64,000 nt of DNA from Candidatus Methanophagaceae archaeon (GTDB lineage: Archaea > Halobacteriota > Syntropharchaeia > Alkanophagales > Methanospirareceae), in assembly GCA_003194435.1 (NCBI GenBank), contig PQXC01000006.1, positions 3,981-67,980 of the forward strand, read 5' to 3'. Positions 47,517 through 56,494 of this stretch are shown here, one piece after another (within the stretch, counting starts at the first letter, position 1; every line of letters begins with the position of its first letter). The position numbers and the translations under genes were made by a program. The notes under the pieces are model-generated. The model searched no databases and was not told where the DNA came from. It was given only the letters and a program-made list of their open reading frames with translations.

Positions 47517-49532
47517 TTAGTGAAGCGTTTCAAAGCCCGATTCACCAAGTACGTGTTTTGAAAGATACATCGCATCATACAGTGTTACCACTCCGTTACC
47601 GCTGACTTCTCCTACGCTTTCGGTCATCGTTTCAAATCCGGGTTTTCCAAGCACGTGCTTGGCAAGATACATGGTATCATAAATATCCACCTCACCATTT
47701 TCACTCACATCCCCGTTTAGTATGACAATTAGGGGTATGTTCACCGATGCGTTTACGTTTCCAAATATGTCGGTTGCGTATACCGTGAGGTTATGTGGCA
47801 GGTAGCTCCCATTATATATCGCCGTTCCAATCGAAGCATTAACAGTTACAGTCCATATATCAGTGCCGGGGATGCGAGTCATTGGCTGGTCAGGCGAGCC
47901 ACCCAGTGATGAGAGGTTGATCGAGACACTGGCAACACCACAATCGTCTGTTACTGTAACGTTTAATTGTGATGTTTCGCCCCACCTCAGCTCAGAATCG
48001 GTATCCTCGGGAATAGATGGTGGATTTGCTGTTGGATTTGTTACCAGTGGTGGTGTAACCTCAGCGATGACAAAAGTCCCGTTGTGTGTGGTTGCAGGTA
48101 TAGGAATTTCATCGGGACCTGCATCCTTCAACTCATTGATGGTAATGTTCAGAGTAGACGATTCGCCTGCACTTCCTACCGCCTTTAGCGTGACGTCTGC
48201 GAGTTTCACATCGCCATTGAGACCCGGAGAAGAAGTCTGAAATGCACCTATTCGTGTTATGCCGGAAGAATTATCAATTGCAGACTCCAGGAAATCGAAA
48301 TCGCTATTGTTAACCGCGATGACATGAACCACTGATCGATTGTAGGATAAGAAGATATCCGCAGTGCCGACATTGGTTATATCGCTGATGATAATCGAAG
48401 TGGTAACATTTTCTCCTGATACTGCACTTGCATCACCGATACTGATAACAATATCAGCAAAAGTCTTGAATGCGCGTTCAGAGCTCTGAGCGGAGTTGTT
48501 GCTCGCGTCGGTGCTGTTCACCACGTAATAATAAGTGGTATTTGAGATGAGATCGGCAATTGAGATGCAGTGATAAGTCACGAGAGATGCATTATAAACG
48601 ATTTTCGTGTAATTCCCGGGTTCTGTGCCGTATTTGAGCATGCTGTCACTCGGCTCATCAGTTTCCCAGGTTATGATTGCAGAATCTTTCGCTGTTGGTA
48701 TTGCACTGATATTGGTGATGACAGGCGGAGAAACATCTGGCGGATATAAAGTGATGTTCTGCATGAAACCACCGGCATTCATCTCCTGTTGCGTCACTAT
48801 ATGGTCGAAGACAGAGAAGTTGCCCAGATTATCACTGGCGTTAAAATGAAGTATGTTTCCTTCGCTTATATGAGCGAAGTTTGTTAATACCTGATAATAA
48901 TTAGAGTTTTCGTTTGTCTCTGCTATGAATATTTCTGAGGTGTTCACATTTTCTATCGTAACGTTTGGATTGTATACCGGAGAGCCGTCGTCATAATTAA
49001 CGAAACCAGAGATGTTAAAGTGTGTCGCATTAATTTCTACTGTTCCATTATTGACCGAAATGCCAGAAATTTCATAACCGAGAGGGTCGCTTAATACAAT
49101 ATTGCTCAGATTTAAACTGCACGTTCCGGGTTCCATCGCCTTAAAGGTAATCGTTGCAAGTACACCGGGATTGAACACACCGTACTCAACACCCGTTCTC
49201 ATTTCACCATACTCCGCTTTGCCGATGGTGTTGTTGATTACATTCGTTATGTCCATTGTTGATGCGCCGTCTTGACTGAGAAATGGACCCTTGACCTGTT
49301 CAATCCCTTTTAGAAGCGTATTATTGAAATACAAATCATATTGTGCACCCATTACCTCAACACCTGCTGGATTTACTGTTATATTCACTGTAAAGAGATC
49401 ACCCTGCAGGACGTTTTGATAAGATGGTTCAACGCTTACTACTGGTGCTGCATGAGCCGATGTAACACAGCAAATTAGAATGAATAGAGATACTGTTGTT
49501 ATTCTAACAATGTCTTTGATAGTATTTCTCAT
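47517..49532 (-). CDS. Secreted cohesin - NITxNxT/NYYQ module - fibronectin-III - cohesin-like - dockerin protein
   Basis: Start set at SD-ATG (MRNTIKDIV..., signal peptide). Cohesin LFTVNITVNPAGVEVMGAQYDLYFNNTLL. FN3 ITWETDEPSDSMLKYG. C-terminal dockerin repeats NGDVSENGEVDIYDTMYLAKHVLG. Confidence 0.8.
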   Translation of the reverse strand: MRNTIKDIVRITTVSLFILICCVTSAHAAPVVSVEPSYQNVLQGDLFTVNITVNPAGVEVMGAQYDLYFNNTLLKGIEQVKGPFLSQDGASTMDITNVINNTIGKAEYGEMRTGVEYGVFNPGVLATITFKAMEPGTCSLNLSNIVLSDPLGYEISGISVNNGTVEINATHFNISGFVNYDDGSPVYNPNVTIENVNTSEIFIAETNENSNYYQVLTNFAHISEGNILHFNASDNLGNFSVFDHIVTQQEMNAGGFMQNITLYPPDVSPPVITNISAIPTAKDSAIITWETDEPSDSMLKYGTEPGNYTKIVYNASLVTYHCISIADLISNTTYYYVVNSTDASNNSAQSSERAFKTFADIVISIGDASAVSGENVTTSIIISDITNVGTADIFLSYNRSVVHVIAVNNSDFDFLESAIDNSSGITRIGAFQTSSPGLNGDVKLADVTLKAVGSAGESSTLNITINELKDAGPDEIPIPATTHNGTFVIAEVTPPLVTNPTANPPSIPEDTDSELRWGETSQLNVTVTDDCGVASVSINLSSLGGSPDQPMTRIPGTDIWTVTVNASIGTAIYNGSYLPHNLTVYATDIFGNVNASVNIPLIVILNGDVSENGEVDIYDTMYLAKHVLGKPGFETMTESVGEVSGNGVVTLYDAMYLSKHVLGESGFETLH

Positions 49533-49589
49533 TTCCCATTTCTCACCTCCTTTCAAACTTTTTCGTTTGTTTTTTACCCCCGTCTTTTA

Positions 49590-49659
49590 TCTTTTTTTAC
49601 AAGTTCCCCCAAAAAAGAAAAAGGGAAAAATTTTATTTTTTGTTGTCTATTCCCTATTC
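49590..49659 (-). terminator. Conserved 3' element (GGGGG-A/T-rich-CCCCC hairpin plus T-tract) downstream of a dockerin gene
   Basis: Paralogous to 56413-56494, 60680-60772 and 61930-61993. Confidence 0.35.
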
Positions 49660-52600
49660 TTACCATGCTACATGCCCCCAGTTTGCTCCTATTATAACGG
49701 CGTCGAGGATGTTTATCACGCAATCGTTGTTCAGGTCTGCTTTGTCTTTCTGCAGGTCATCCCACAGATAACCCTCACAGTTGTCACAAGGGTTCGTTGT
49801 AGAACAATGTTCACCCCAGTGCTTTCCTACGTACACTGCATCCAGGATATTCACCCTGCCGTCTCCGTTCGCATCCCCTGCTATGTAAACGGTAACATCA
49901 AAGGAAGTTGAGTTGCTCATTTCCGGGCATCCGTCATCTGTCACCGTTAATACCGCACTGAATAGCACGTAATCTCCATTTGGGTTACCGAATGGTTCCC
50001 ACTGCCATGACTTATATTTGTGCTCTTTGCAAGCGCATCCGTTTAGGTTACCACCTTCACTGGTTCCATACTGCCCGTCACCGAACGCGAACCGGATATA
50101 CGAGATGTTGCCACCTTTATTACCGAAATCCGGGTCCCATGAGCACGAGCATATAGTCGTGTTGCACGGATATTTCTTTGCCACGTTGTTGTACCGGTGC
50201 TTTGATACTGCAATTGCAATTGGTGGTGTGTTGTGGGAAATTGTGACGGTGCCATTAAAGATGTTTATTTGGTCGTACGATTCGTCTGTGTCAGGATTGA
50301 CAATGATCACATCACTGAGGTTGAGGTTAGCGAGTGATTCGCGTTCCCCAATTGCGGTGAACTGAATAGTTGCCACGGTGCCCTTTTCATTTACACCGCT
50401 CTCCCCTATTCTCGTCTCTGCGTATGAAATCTCGCCCGTGGCATGGTCTATGCTATTGGTGACCACGATTGTCTCACCGGAAAGACCGAGGAAAGGTCCT
50501 TTTGTCTGCGTCTCTGCTCTTACTACACTGGTGTTATAATGGAGATAATACTGGACACCATAGACCGAGTTCCCGTGAGGGTCAACCGTTATGTTCACGT
50601 CAAACTGGTCTTGTGGTTGAACAGTAACATTATTTGGTTCAACACTTATTTCAACGAGTACTCCTCTCACGGTTATAGTGATATTCTCGAAGTCAGTTAG
50701 TTCGCCATCGGTGACCTCGAAATGCACATCGTGATAGATACCTGCCTGTCCGAAAGTGGGCGTCCATGCGAATCTTCTCGTGCTCGGGTCAAAAGTTGCC
50801 CCAGGGGGCAGGTTGGATGCGGAGTATATCAGTGCATCGCCATCAGGGTCGGTAGCATGGATAGTAAATGCGAGCAAAGAATTCTCGTTAGCGAGCTTGT
50901 CTCCTATTTCTTCGAGCACCGGAGCACGGTTGACGTTATTCACTGTAATCCGCACGGTCTCATTATCAGTTCCACCTTTGCCATCGTTAACGCCAAAATC
51001 CACGTGATAAACACCGGCATCGTCATATGAAGGCATCCAGTGCCCGATACCAGTTGAAGGATTGAAATCAGCGAACAAATCCGTGCGGTTGCAATAATAG
51101 GTGAGCGTGTCACCATCCAGGTCGGTTGCATTAAGAGCAATCATGAGAGTTTCATTCTCGTTTATTCCTGTATCGCCAATGGGAGCGAGTTCAGGCGGTC
51201 TGTTCACATCGTTCACCGTTATCTTAATAGTTTTGTTATCAATCCCGCCTTTAGCGTCGCTAACGCCGAACTCAATGTAGTAAATGCCTGCGTCGTCATA
51301 ATCGGTAATCCAGTGCCCGATACCTGTTGAAGGCTTGAAATCGGCGAATAAATCCGTGCGATTGCATGAATATGTAAGCGTATCACGGTCGAGGTCGGTT
51401 GCATTCACATCTATCGTTAGCGTTTCACATTCATTTATTTCTCGGTCTCCTACGGGTTCGAGTTCCGGTGGTCTATTTTCATTTTTCACGGTTATCTTCA
51501 CCGTCTCGTTATCAATCCCGCCTTTGCCGTCTGAAACACCGAAATCAACGCAGTAAGTGCCTGCATCGTCGTAGTCGGTAGTCCAGTGTCCGATGCCCGT
51601 TTCCACGTTGAAATCAGTGAACAGGTCCGTGCGGTTGCATGAATAAGTGAGTGAATCACCGTCAGGGTCGGTTGCATTAACGTCAATCGTTAGCATTTCC
51701 GTTTCATTCAGTTCCACATCTGCAACAGGTTCAAGTTCAGGTGCCCGGTTCACGTTATTTACCACAATCGTGATGTCTTCGTAATCGGTTAATTCACCGT
51801 CGCTGACCTCGAAGTGGACATCGTGATATGTCTCCGACTGTTCAAAAGAAGGAGTCCACGAGAATGTCCTCGTGTCCGGGTTGAAGGTTGCACCATCAGG
51901 TAGATTCGATGCTGAATATGTCAGTGTGTCGCCATCAGGGTCGGTGGCGTTTATCGTGAATTCGAGCAGTTCGCTCTCGTTCACCGCTTTGTCGCCTATC
52001 TGCTCAAGAACAGGCGGTCTGTTCGTGCCACCTACCACGATTGTAATGTTCTCCCAGTCGCACAATTCGCCGTCGCTGACCTCGAAGTGCACGTCATGAT
52101 ATATCCCCTCCTGCTCAAAAGAAGGAGTCCACGAGAATGTTCTCGTGTTGGGGTCGAAACTCGCTCCCTCTGGGAGATTCGATGCTGAATATGTCAGTGT
52201 GTCGCCATCAGGGTCAGTGGCGTTTATCATGAATTCGAGCAGTTCGCTTTCATTTACCATCTTATCGCCTATTGGTTCAAGAACAGGTGGTCGGTTCTTG
52301 TTATGAACGATTATTTTTACTGTCTCGTTATCAATTCCGCCTTTACCATCAGAAACACCGAAATCAACGTAATAGGTACCTGCATCATCATAATCAGCAG
52401 TCCAGTGTCCAATGCCGATAGCAGTATCGAAATCAATGAACAGGTCTGTACGGTTGCATGAATAGGTGAGCGTATCATGGTCGGGGTCGGTAGCATCAAC
52501 ATCAATCATAAGCGTTTCGCTTTCGTTTAGTTCTCTGTCGCCAACGGGTTTAAGCACTGGCGGTCTGTTCACATCGTTTACCGTTATCTTAATGGTCTCG

Positions 52601-54591
52601 TTATCAATCCCACCTTTACCATCAGAGACGCCAAAGTCAACATAGTATGTGCCTGCGTCGTTATAATCAGGGGTCCAGTGCCCGATACCAGTTGAAGGGT
52701 TAAAATCAGTGAATAAATCTGTTCGATTGCAGGAATAAACAAGCACATCATTGTCGGGGTCGGTTGCATTCACATCTACCGTGAGCGTTTCATTCTCATC
52801 AATTGTTCTATCACCTACTGATTCAAGCACTGGCGGTCTGTTCACATCTTTCACCATTATCTTAATGGTCTCGTTATCAGTCCCACCTTTACCATCAGAG
52901 ACGCCAAAGTCAACATAGTATGTGCCTGCATCGTTATAATCAGGGGTCCAGTGCCCGATGCCCGTTAAGGAGTCAAAATCAGTGAATAAATCGGTTCGAT
53001 TGCAGGAATAAACAAGCACATCGTTGTCGGGGTCGGTTGCATTCACATCCACCGTGAGTGTTTCATTCTCATCAATTGTTCTATCACCTATTGATTCAAG
53101 CACCGGCGGTCTGTTCACATCATTCACCGTTATCTTCACGGTCTCATTGTCGCTGAATTCACCATCAGAAACGCCGAAATCCACATGATAAACACCAGCA
53201 TCGTCATAGGAGGGTGTCCAGCTCCAGAGAGTGGCAGTGCCGTTGATGGGTGTAAAAGCGCCAAATGAGGCGTTACTGCTGAATGTTAGCACGTCTCCAT
53301 CGGGGTCGGATGCGGTAATCGTTATATTAAGGGCAAAGCCCTCGTCAACGGTTCTGGGACCGATGGGATTGAGCACTGGCGGCATATTAACATCAAAAGC
53401 ATATAGCTTACCGCCACAGGTTCCGATATAGAGAGTGCCATCGGATGCTATTGCGGGCGAAGAATAACAGATTATCCCGGTGTTATATCTCCACAGAAGC
53501 GAGCCATCAGGGTTTATTGCATAAACATACCCATCTTGTGAGCCTACATAGATGATACCGGAGGCATCAATTGCAGGTGATGAGCTTATGCCGCCGTCAG
53601 TGGTATAAGTCCATTTAAGCGAGCCATCGGGATTTATTGCATATAATTTCCTGTCGCACGAGCCGACGTAAATAGTGCCGTCAGAACCAATAGCAGGTGA
53701 CGATACAATCCAGCAGCCTGTTGGATATGTCCACTTAAGTGTGCCATCGGGATTTATTGCATATAATTTCCTGTCATACGAGCCGACGTAAATAGTGCCG
53801 TCAGAGCCGATGGCAGGCGAGGACTTTGTCATCCCGACGGTATATTTCCATTTGAGCGAGCCGTCAGGATTTATTGCATATAGTTTTCTATCAAACGAAC
53901 CTATATAGATGGTGCCGTCAGAGCCAACAGCTGGTGAGGATTGGATTGAACATCCTGTCTGATAACTCCATTTAAGACTGCCATCAGGGTTTATTGCGTA
54001 CAGTTTTCCATTGTTATTGCCTATATAAATAGTGCCATCAGGGGCTATAGCAGGCGATGTGAGGACGAAGCCCCTGGATTTTTTCCACTTAGAGTCATAG
54101 AACTCCCATTTCTCCGTGCCGTTCGGATACAGAGCATATAATCTGCGATTCCAGCATCCTACGTATATCGTGCCATCCGAAGCTACCGCTGGTGTGGAAT
54201 CAATGTAATCAACCAGGCCATGATAAAAATAAAGAGGGGGCGACCAGTGCCATTTCTCCGTGCCATCCGGGTTAATAGCATACAATCTCGAGCGAGTATA
54301 CCAGTGCCAGCCGCTTGTGCCTATGTATATTGTCTCGTCTGGAGCTATTGTTGCAGAACTAAATATCCCTCTACCTCCTCCGGTATAAAATGTCCATTTC
54401 ACCGTTGCCGTGTTTGGTCCGTAATAGGGACTTAACCCTGTGTGGCTCAGGTCATGATGGAACATGGGCCATGGCGAAGAGGCGAGTTGAGCAGTAGCTG
54501 CTGGAGTTACTGACCACAAGATTACACAGATTGCCAGGAGATTACCAAAAGAACTTTTTCTCGCGAAATCTCGTGGTTTTTTATCTCTCAT
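49660..54591 (-). CDS. Giant secreted protein (1643 aa): 8-bladed PQQ-like beta-propeller + about 11 tandem cadherin/Ig-like repeats + cohesin domain + PKD-like + C-terminal double dockerin
   Basis: Propeller repeats DGTIYIGS..KLYAINPDGSLKW. 92-aa repeats NRPPVLE.IGD....E.L...VNATDPDGD.L.YS...DLF.DF. Cohesin FDVNITVDPHGNSVYGVQYYLHYNTSVV. Dockerin GDANGDGRVNILDAVYVGKHWG and ADLNNDCVINILDAVIIGANWGHVAW. Confidence 0.85.
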   Translation of the reverse strand: MRDKKPRDFARKSSFGNLLAICVILWSVTPAATAQLASSPWPMFHHDLSHTGLSPYYGPNTATVKWTFYTGGGRGIFSSATIAPDETIYIGTSGWHWYTRSRLYAINPDGTEKWHWSPPLYFYHGLVDYIDSTPAVASDGTIYVGCWNRRLYALYPNGTEKWEFYDSKWKKSRGFVLTSPAIAPDGTIYIGNNNGKLYAINPDGSLKWSYQTGCSIQSSPAVGSDGTIYIGSFDRKLYAINPDGSLKWKYTVGMTKSSPAIGSDGTIYVGSYDRKLYAINPDGTLKWTYPTGCWIVSSPAIGSDGTIYVGSCDRKLYAINPDGSLKWTYTTDGGISSSPAIDASGIIYVGSQDGYVYAINPDGSLLWRYNTGIICYSSPAIASDGTLYIGTCGGKLYAFDVNMPPVLNPIGPRTVDEGFALNITITASDPDGDVLTFSSNASFGAFTPINGTATLWSWTPSYDDAGVYHVDFGVSDGEFSDNETVKITVNDVNRPPVLESIGDRTIDENETLTVDVNATDPDNDVLVYSCNRTDLFTDFDSLTGIGHWTPDYNDAGTYYVDFGVSDGKGGTDNETIKIMVKDVNRPPVLESVGDRTIDENETLTVDVNATDPDNDVLVYSCNRTDLFTDFNPSTGIGHWTPDYNDAGTYYVDFGVSDGKGGIDNETIKITVNDVNRPPVLKPVGDRELNESETLMIDVDATDPDHDTLTYSCNRTDLFIDFDTAIGIGHWTADYDDAGTYYVDFGVSDGKGGIDNETVKIIVHNKNRPPVLEPIGDKMVNESELLEFMINATDPDGDTLTYSASNLPEGASFDPNTRTFSWTPSFEQEGIYHDVHFEVSDGELCDWENITIVVGGTNRPPVLEQIGDKAVNESELLEFTINATDPDGDTLTYSASNLPDGATFNPDTRTFSWTPSFEQSETYHDVHFEVSDGELTDYEDITIVVNNVNRAPELEPVADVELNETEMLTIDVNATDPDGDSLTYSCNRTDLFTDFNVETGIGHWTTDYDDAGTYCVDFGVSDGKGGIDNETVKITVKNENRPPELEPVGDREINECETLTIDVNATDLDRDTLTYSCNRTDLFADFKPSTGIGHWITDYDDAGIYYIEFGVSDAKGGIDNKTIKITVNDVNRPPELAPIGDTGINENETLMIALNATDLDGDTLTYYCNRTDLFADFNPSTGIGHWMPSYDDAGVYHVDFGVNDGKGGTDNETVRITVNNVNRAPVLEEIGDKLANENSLLAFTIHATDPDGDALIYSASNLPPGATFDPSTRRFAWTPTFGQAGIYHDVHFEVTDGELTDFENITITVRGVLVEISVEPNNVTVQPQDQFDVNITVDPHGNSVYGVQYYLHYNTSVVRAETQTKGPFLGLSGETIVVTNSIDHATGEISYAETRIGESGVNEKGTVATIQFTAIGERESLANLNLSDVIIVNPDTDESYDQINIFNGTVTISHNTPPIAIAVSKHRYNNVAKKYPCNTTICSCSWDPDFGNKGGNISYIRFAFGDGQYGTSEGGNLNGCACKEHKYKSWQWEPFGNPNGDYVLFSAVLTVTDDGCPEMSNSTSFDVTVYIAGDANGDGRVNILDAVYVGKHWGEHCSTTNPCDNCEGYLWDDLQKDKADLNNDCVINILDAVIIGANWGHVAW
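50330..53400 (-). repeat. Intragenic tandem repeat array, period about 276 bp (92 codons), about 11 copies of two alternating subtypes
   Basis: Consecutive protein repeats, some identical over more than 45 residues (NRPPVLES.GDRTIDENETLTVDVNATDPDNDVLVYSCNRTDLFTDF occurs twice). Confidence 0.7.
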
Positions 54592-55052
54592 TCTTCACCC
54601 TCCCATTCATCAACCACTGCGGTTATGGTTTCCACCTCCTCACTCAATCCGGTTGTTTGCGAAGTAGCATTCACGAGCACGGAATAGGGACCTGTAATAA
54701 AGTCATCAGTGACGTTCAGTATTACCGTTCCGCTCTGTCCAGCATCAAGGGTTATTTCTGATTGACTCAGCGAGGCAACACTGGCATTATCGGGATTAAT
54801 TGCAGAGAGATTGAAAGTGTCAGTTTCATTTCCGATATTCTTAATTGTAATCAGGTAGGTTGCATTGCTTCCTAAAGTTGTGGTCTGCGTGATAGTATTT
54901 ACCGTGAGAAAATCATCGGATGCAAACTCCCCAATAATCGCTGGTATTGCTACTGCTATTGTGCATACCATTGCAATGCACACCAATGCGAGGATGCTTT
55001 TTTTTCTTTTTTTCATTTTTCCTTTCATCCGCAGCAGCAATTTAACCCCCAA
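54588..55052 (-). CDS. Small secreted CARDB/DUF11-like beta-sandwich protein
   Basis: Signal/TM followed by LGSNATYLITIKNIGNETDTFNLS...GQSGTVILNVTDD. ATGA overlap with the giant gene start. Confidence 0.5.
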   Translation of the reverse strand: MGVKLLLRMKGKMKKRKKSILALVCIAMVCTIAVAIPAIIGEFASDDFLTVNTITQTTTLGSNATYLITIKNIGNETDTFNLSAINPDNASVASLSQSEITLDAGQSGTVILNVTDDFITGPYSVLVNATSQTTGLSEEVETITAVVDEWEGEE

Positions 55053-55813
55053 CCCGGAGCCCCAACTATGTAAGCACGAAGTGTTACGTAATCCATAGAA
55101 TCTATTTTTGTATTGCAGTCAACGTCCGCTGCCCATTCACTGGTTATTGTCCAACCCGGAGCTCCAACTACGTAAGCACGAAGTGTTACGTAATCCATAG
55201 AGTCTACTTTTCCATTTCCATCTACATCACCGCACATACCTATTCTCACGCTTCCATTGCTAACATTGGTCAAGATAGGATAACCATCAGGGTCGCTTAA
55301 GATGACGCCCTCCAGGTCGCTAAGGTGAAGCCCACTGAGTCCACGTTCAGCAATCGCTTGAAATGTAATTGTTGTAAGCACACCTGAAGTGTTCACGCCG
55401 CTCGTTGTTTTCTTCCGTGATTCAGCATACTCGACCTTGCCAAGGGTATTATTTATTTCGTCTACCCATAGATATGTCTCAGCACCATCCTGACTGAGAA
55501 ATGTGCCTTGGGTAAGTCCAGTTGCGTTCAACAGCGTATTATTAAAATACAGCGTGTAGCTGGCACCATATACTTCACTTCCTTCCGGATAGACGATAAT
55601 ATCAACGGTAAAATTCTCACCCGGGGGAACCTCTAAATACGCTGGTTCAACACTTATCTGCGCTGCCAATGCCGACTGCGCAAAGACACACAATGTCAAT
55701 GCTATCGCAGCAATAATTAAGCCTGTTCCTGTTCTTACTCCTGCTCCTTCTACACTACGCGTACAATTTTCCACTCCTTTTTTTCTTCTTTCTTCTTCCT
55801 TTTTTTCTTTCAT
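55025..55813 (-). CDS. Secreted cohesin-domain protein with C-terminal Cys-terminated double dockerin-like module (…GWGLNCCCG)
   Basis: Cohesin identical over 110 aa to 41544..42821. GDVDGNGKVDSMDYVTLRAYVVGAPGW repeated twice. Confidence 0.75.
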   Translation of the reverse strand: MKEKKEEERRKKGVENCTRSVEGAGVRTGTGLIIAAIALTLCVFAQSALAAQISVEPAYLEVPPGENFTVDIIVYPEGSEVYGASYTLYFNNTLLNATGLTQGTFLSQDGAETYLWVDEINNTLGKVEYAESRKKTTSGVNTSGVLTTITFQAIAERGLSGLHLSDLEGVILSDPDGYPILTNVSNGSVRIGMCGDVDGNGKVDSMDYVTLRAYVVGAPGWTITSEWAADVDCNTKIDSMDYVTLRAYIVGAPGWGLNCCCG

Positions 55814-55875
55814 TTTTTCTACTTTTCACCTCCTAACAAGCATTTAAAGAATTTGACTCACAACTTCGGCTGCTC

Positions 55876-56094
55876 ATGCCAAAACTGAATGAGTCCAGTG
55901 GCGAAATAAAAGCCATACACACTCGCATAGAAGGTGTGGAGAAGGAAATCGGGGGTTTGAGGAGAGAAATGATGACAAAGTTTGAAGCGGTGGATTCAAG
56001 GTTCGACACGCCGGAAGCGAAGATACCAGTGATGGAGAAGATGGCAGAGTTTAAAGTCCGTCTTGCTGAGCTTGAGAAGAAAGTAACTGCATAG
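55876..56094 (+). CDS. Small coiled-coil protein (72 aa), uncertain
   Basis: Heptad-rich IEGVEKEIGGLRREMMTKFEAVD...KVRLAELEKKV. Preferred over the antisense low-complexity ORF 55833..56342. Confidence 0.3.
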   Translation: MPKLNESSGEIKAIHTRIEGVEKEIGGLRREMMTKFEAVDSRFDTPEAKIPVMEKMAEFKVRLAELEKKVTA

Positions 56095-56412
56095 TGCTTA
56101 GGATTTGGCAGTTGGGATTTAGAAATTACGCCAATAGGCGTTTGACGGATGCAGGATGCCGGATACATGATACATGTTTGACTTGCATCTTCACAACTTG
56201 TGGAATTTGAAGTCGAAAGCGAAGAGAAACTGTCCCCAGTTAAAGTTCTATCGCCCAGAGAAGTTTTAAAACTACTATAAGAATTATTTCCTTTGGCGCG
56301 TTTTTCCTTCAGATCCCCGCTTTTTTTCCCGTTCTTCTTCATACTTTAGTCCTACTCCTTTGCATTTTACGTTTTATATTTTGCTCTTTGCATTTTTTAT
56401 TGTTTATCGTGT

Positions 56413-56494
56413 CCCCGAAAAAAGAAAAAAGGGGGAAAAAATTTTTTATTTTTGTTTCTTTATTCCCTATTGGCTATTGCCTATTCACTAATCG
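56413..56494 (-). terminator. Conserved 3' element downstream of a dockerin gene
   Basis: ccccgaaaaaagaaaaaagggggaaaaaatttttt. Same family as 49590-49659, 60680-60772 and 61930-61993. Confidence 0.35.

Noticed and set aside
50330-53400. Possible CRISPR array (regular about 276-bp periodicity)
   Set aside because: Repeats are long, coding, in frame and translate to cadherin-like domains. No short direct repeats with unique spacers and no cas genes.
55833-56342. 169-aa minus-strand ORF
   Set aside because: Ser-rich low-complexity sequence antisense to a more protein-like coiled-coil ORF. Neither is strongly supported.
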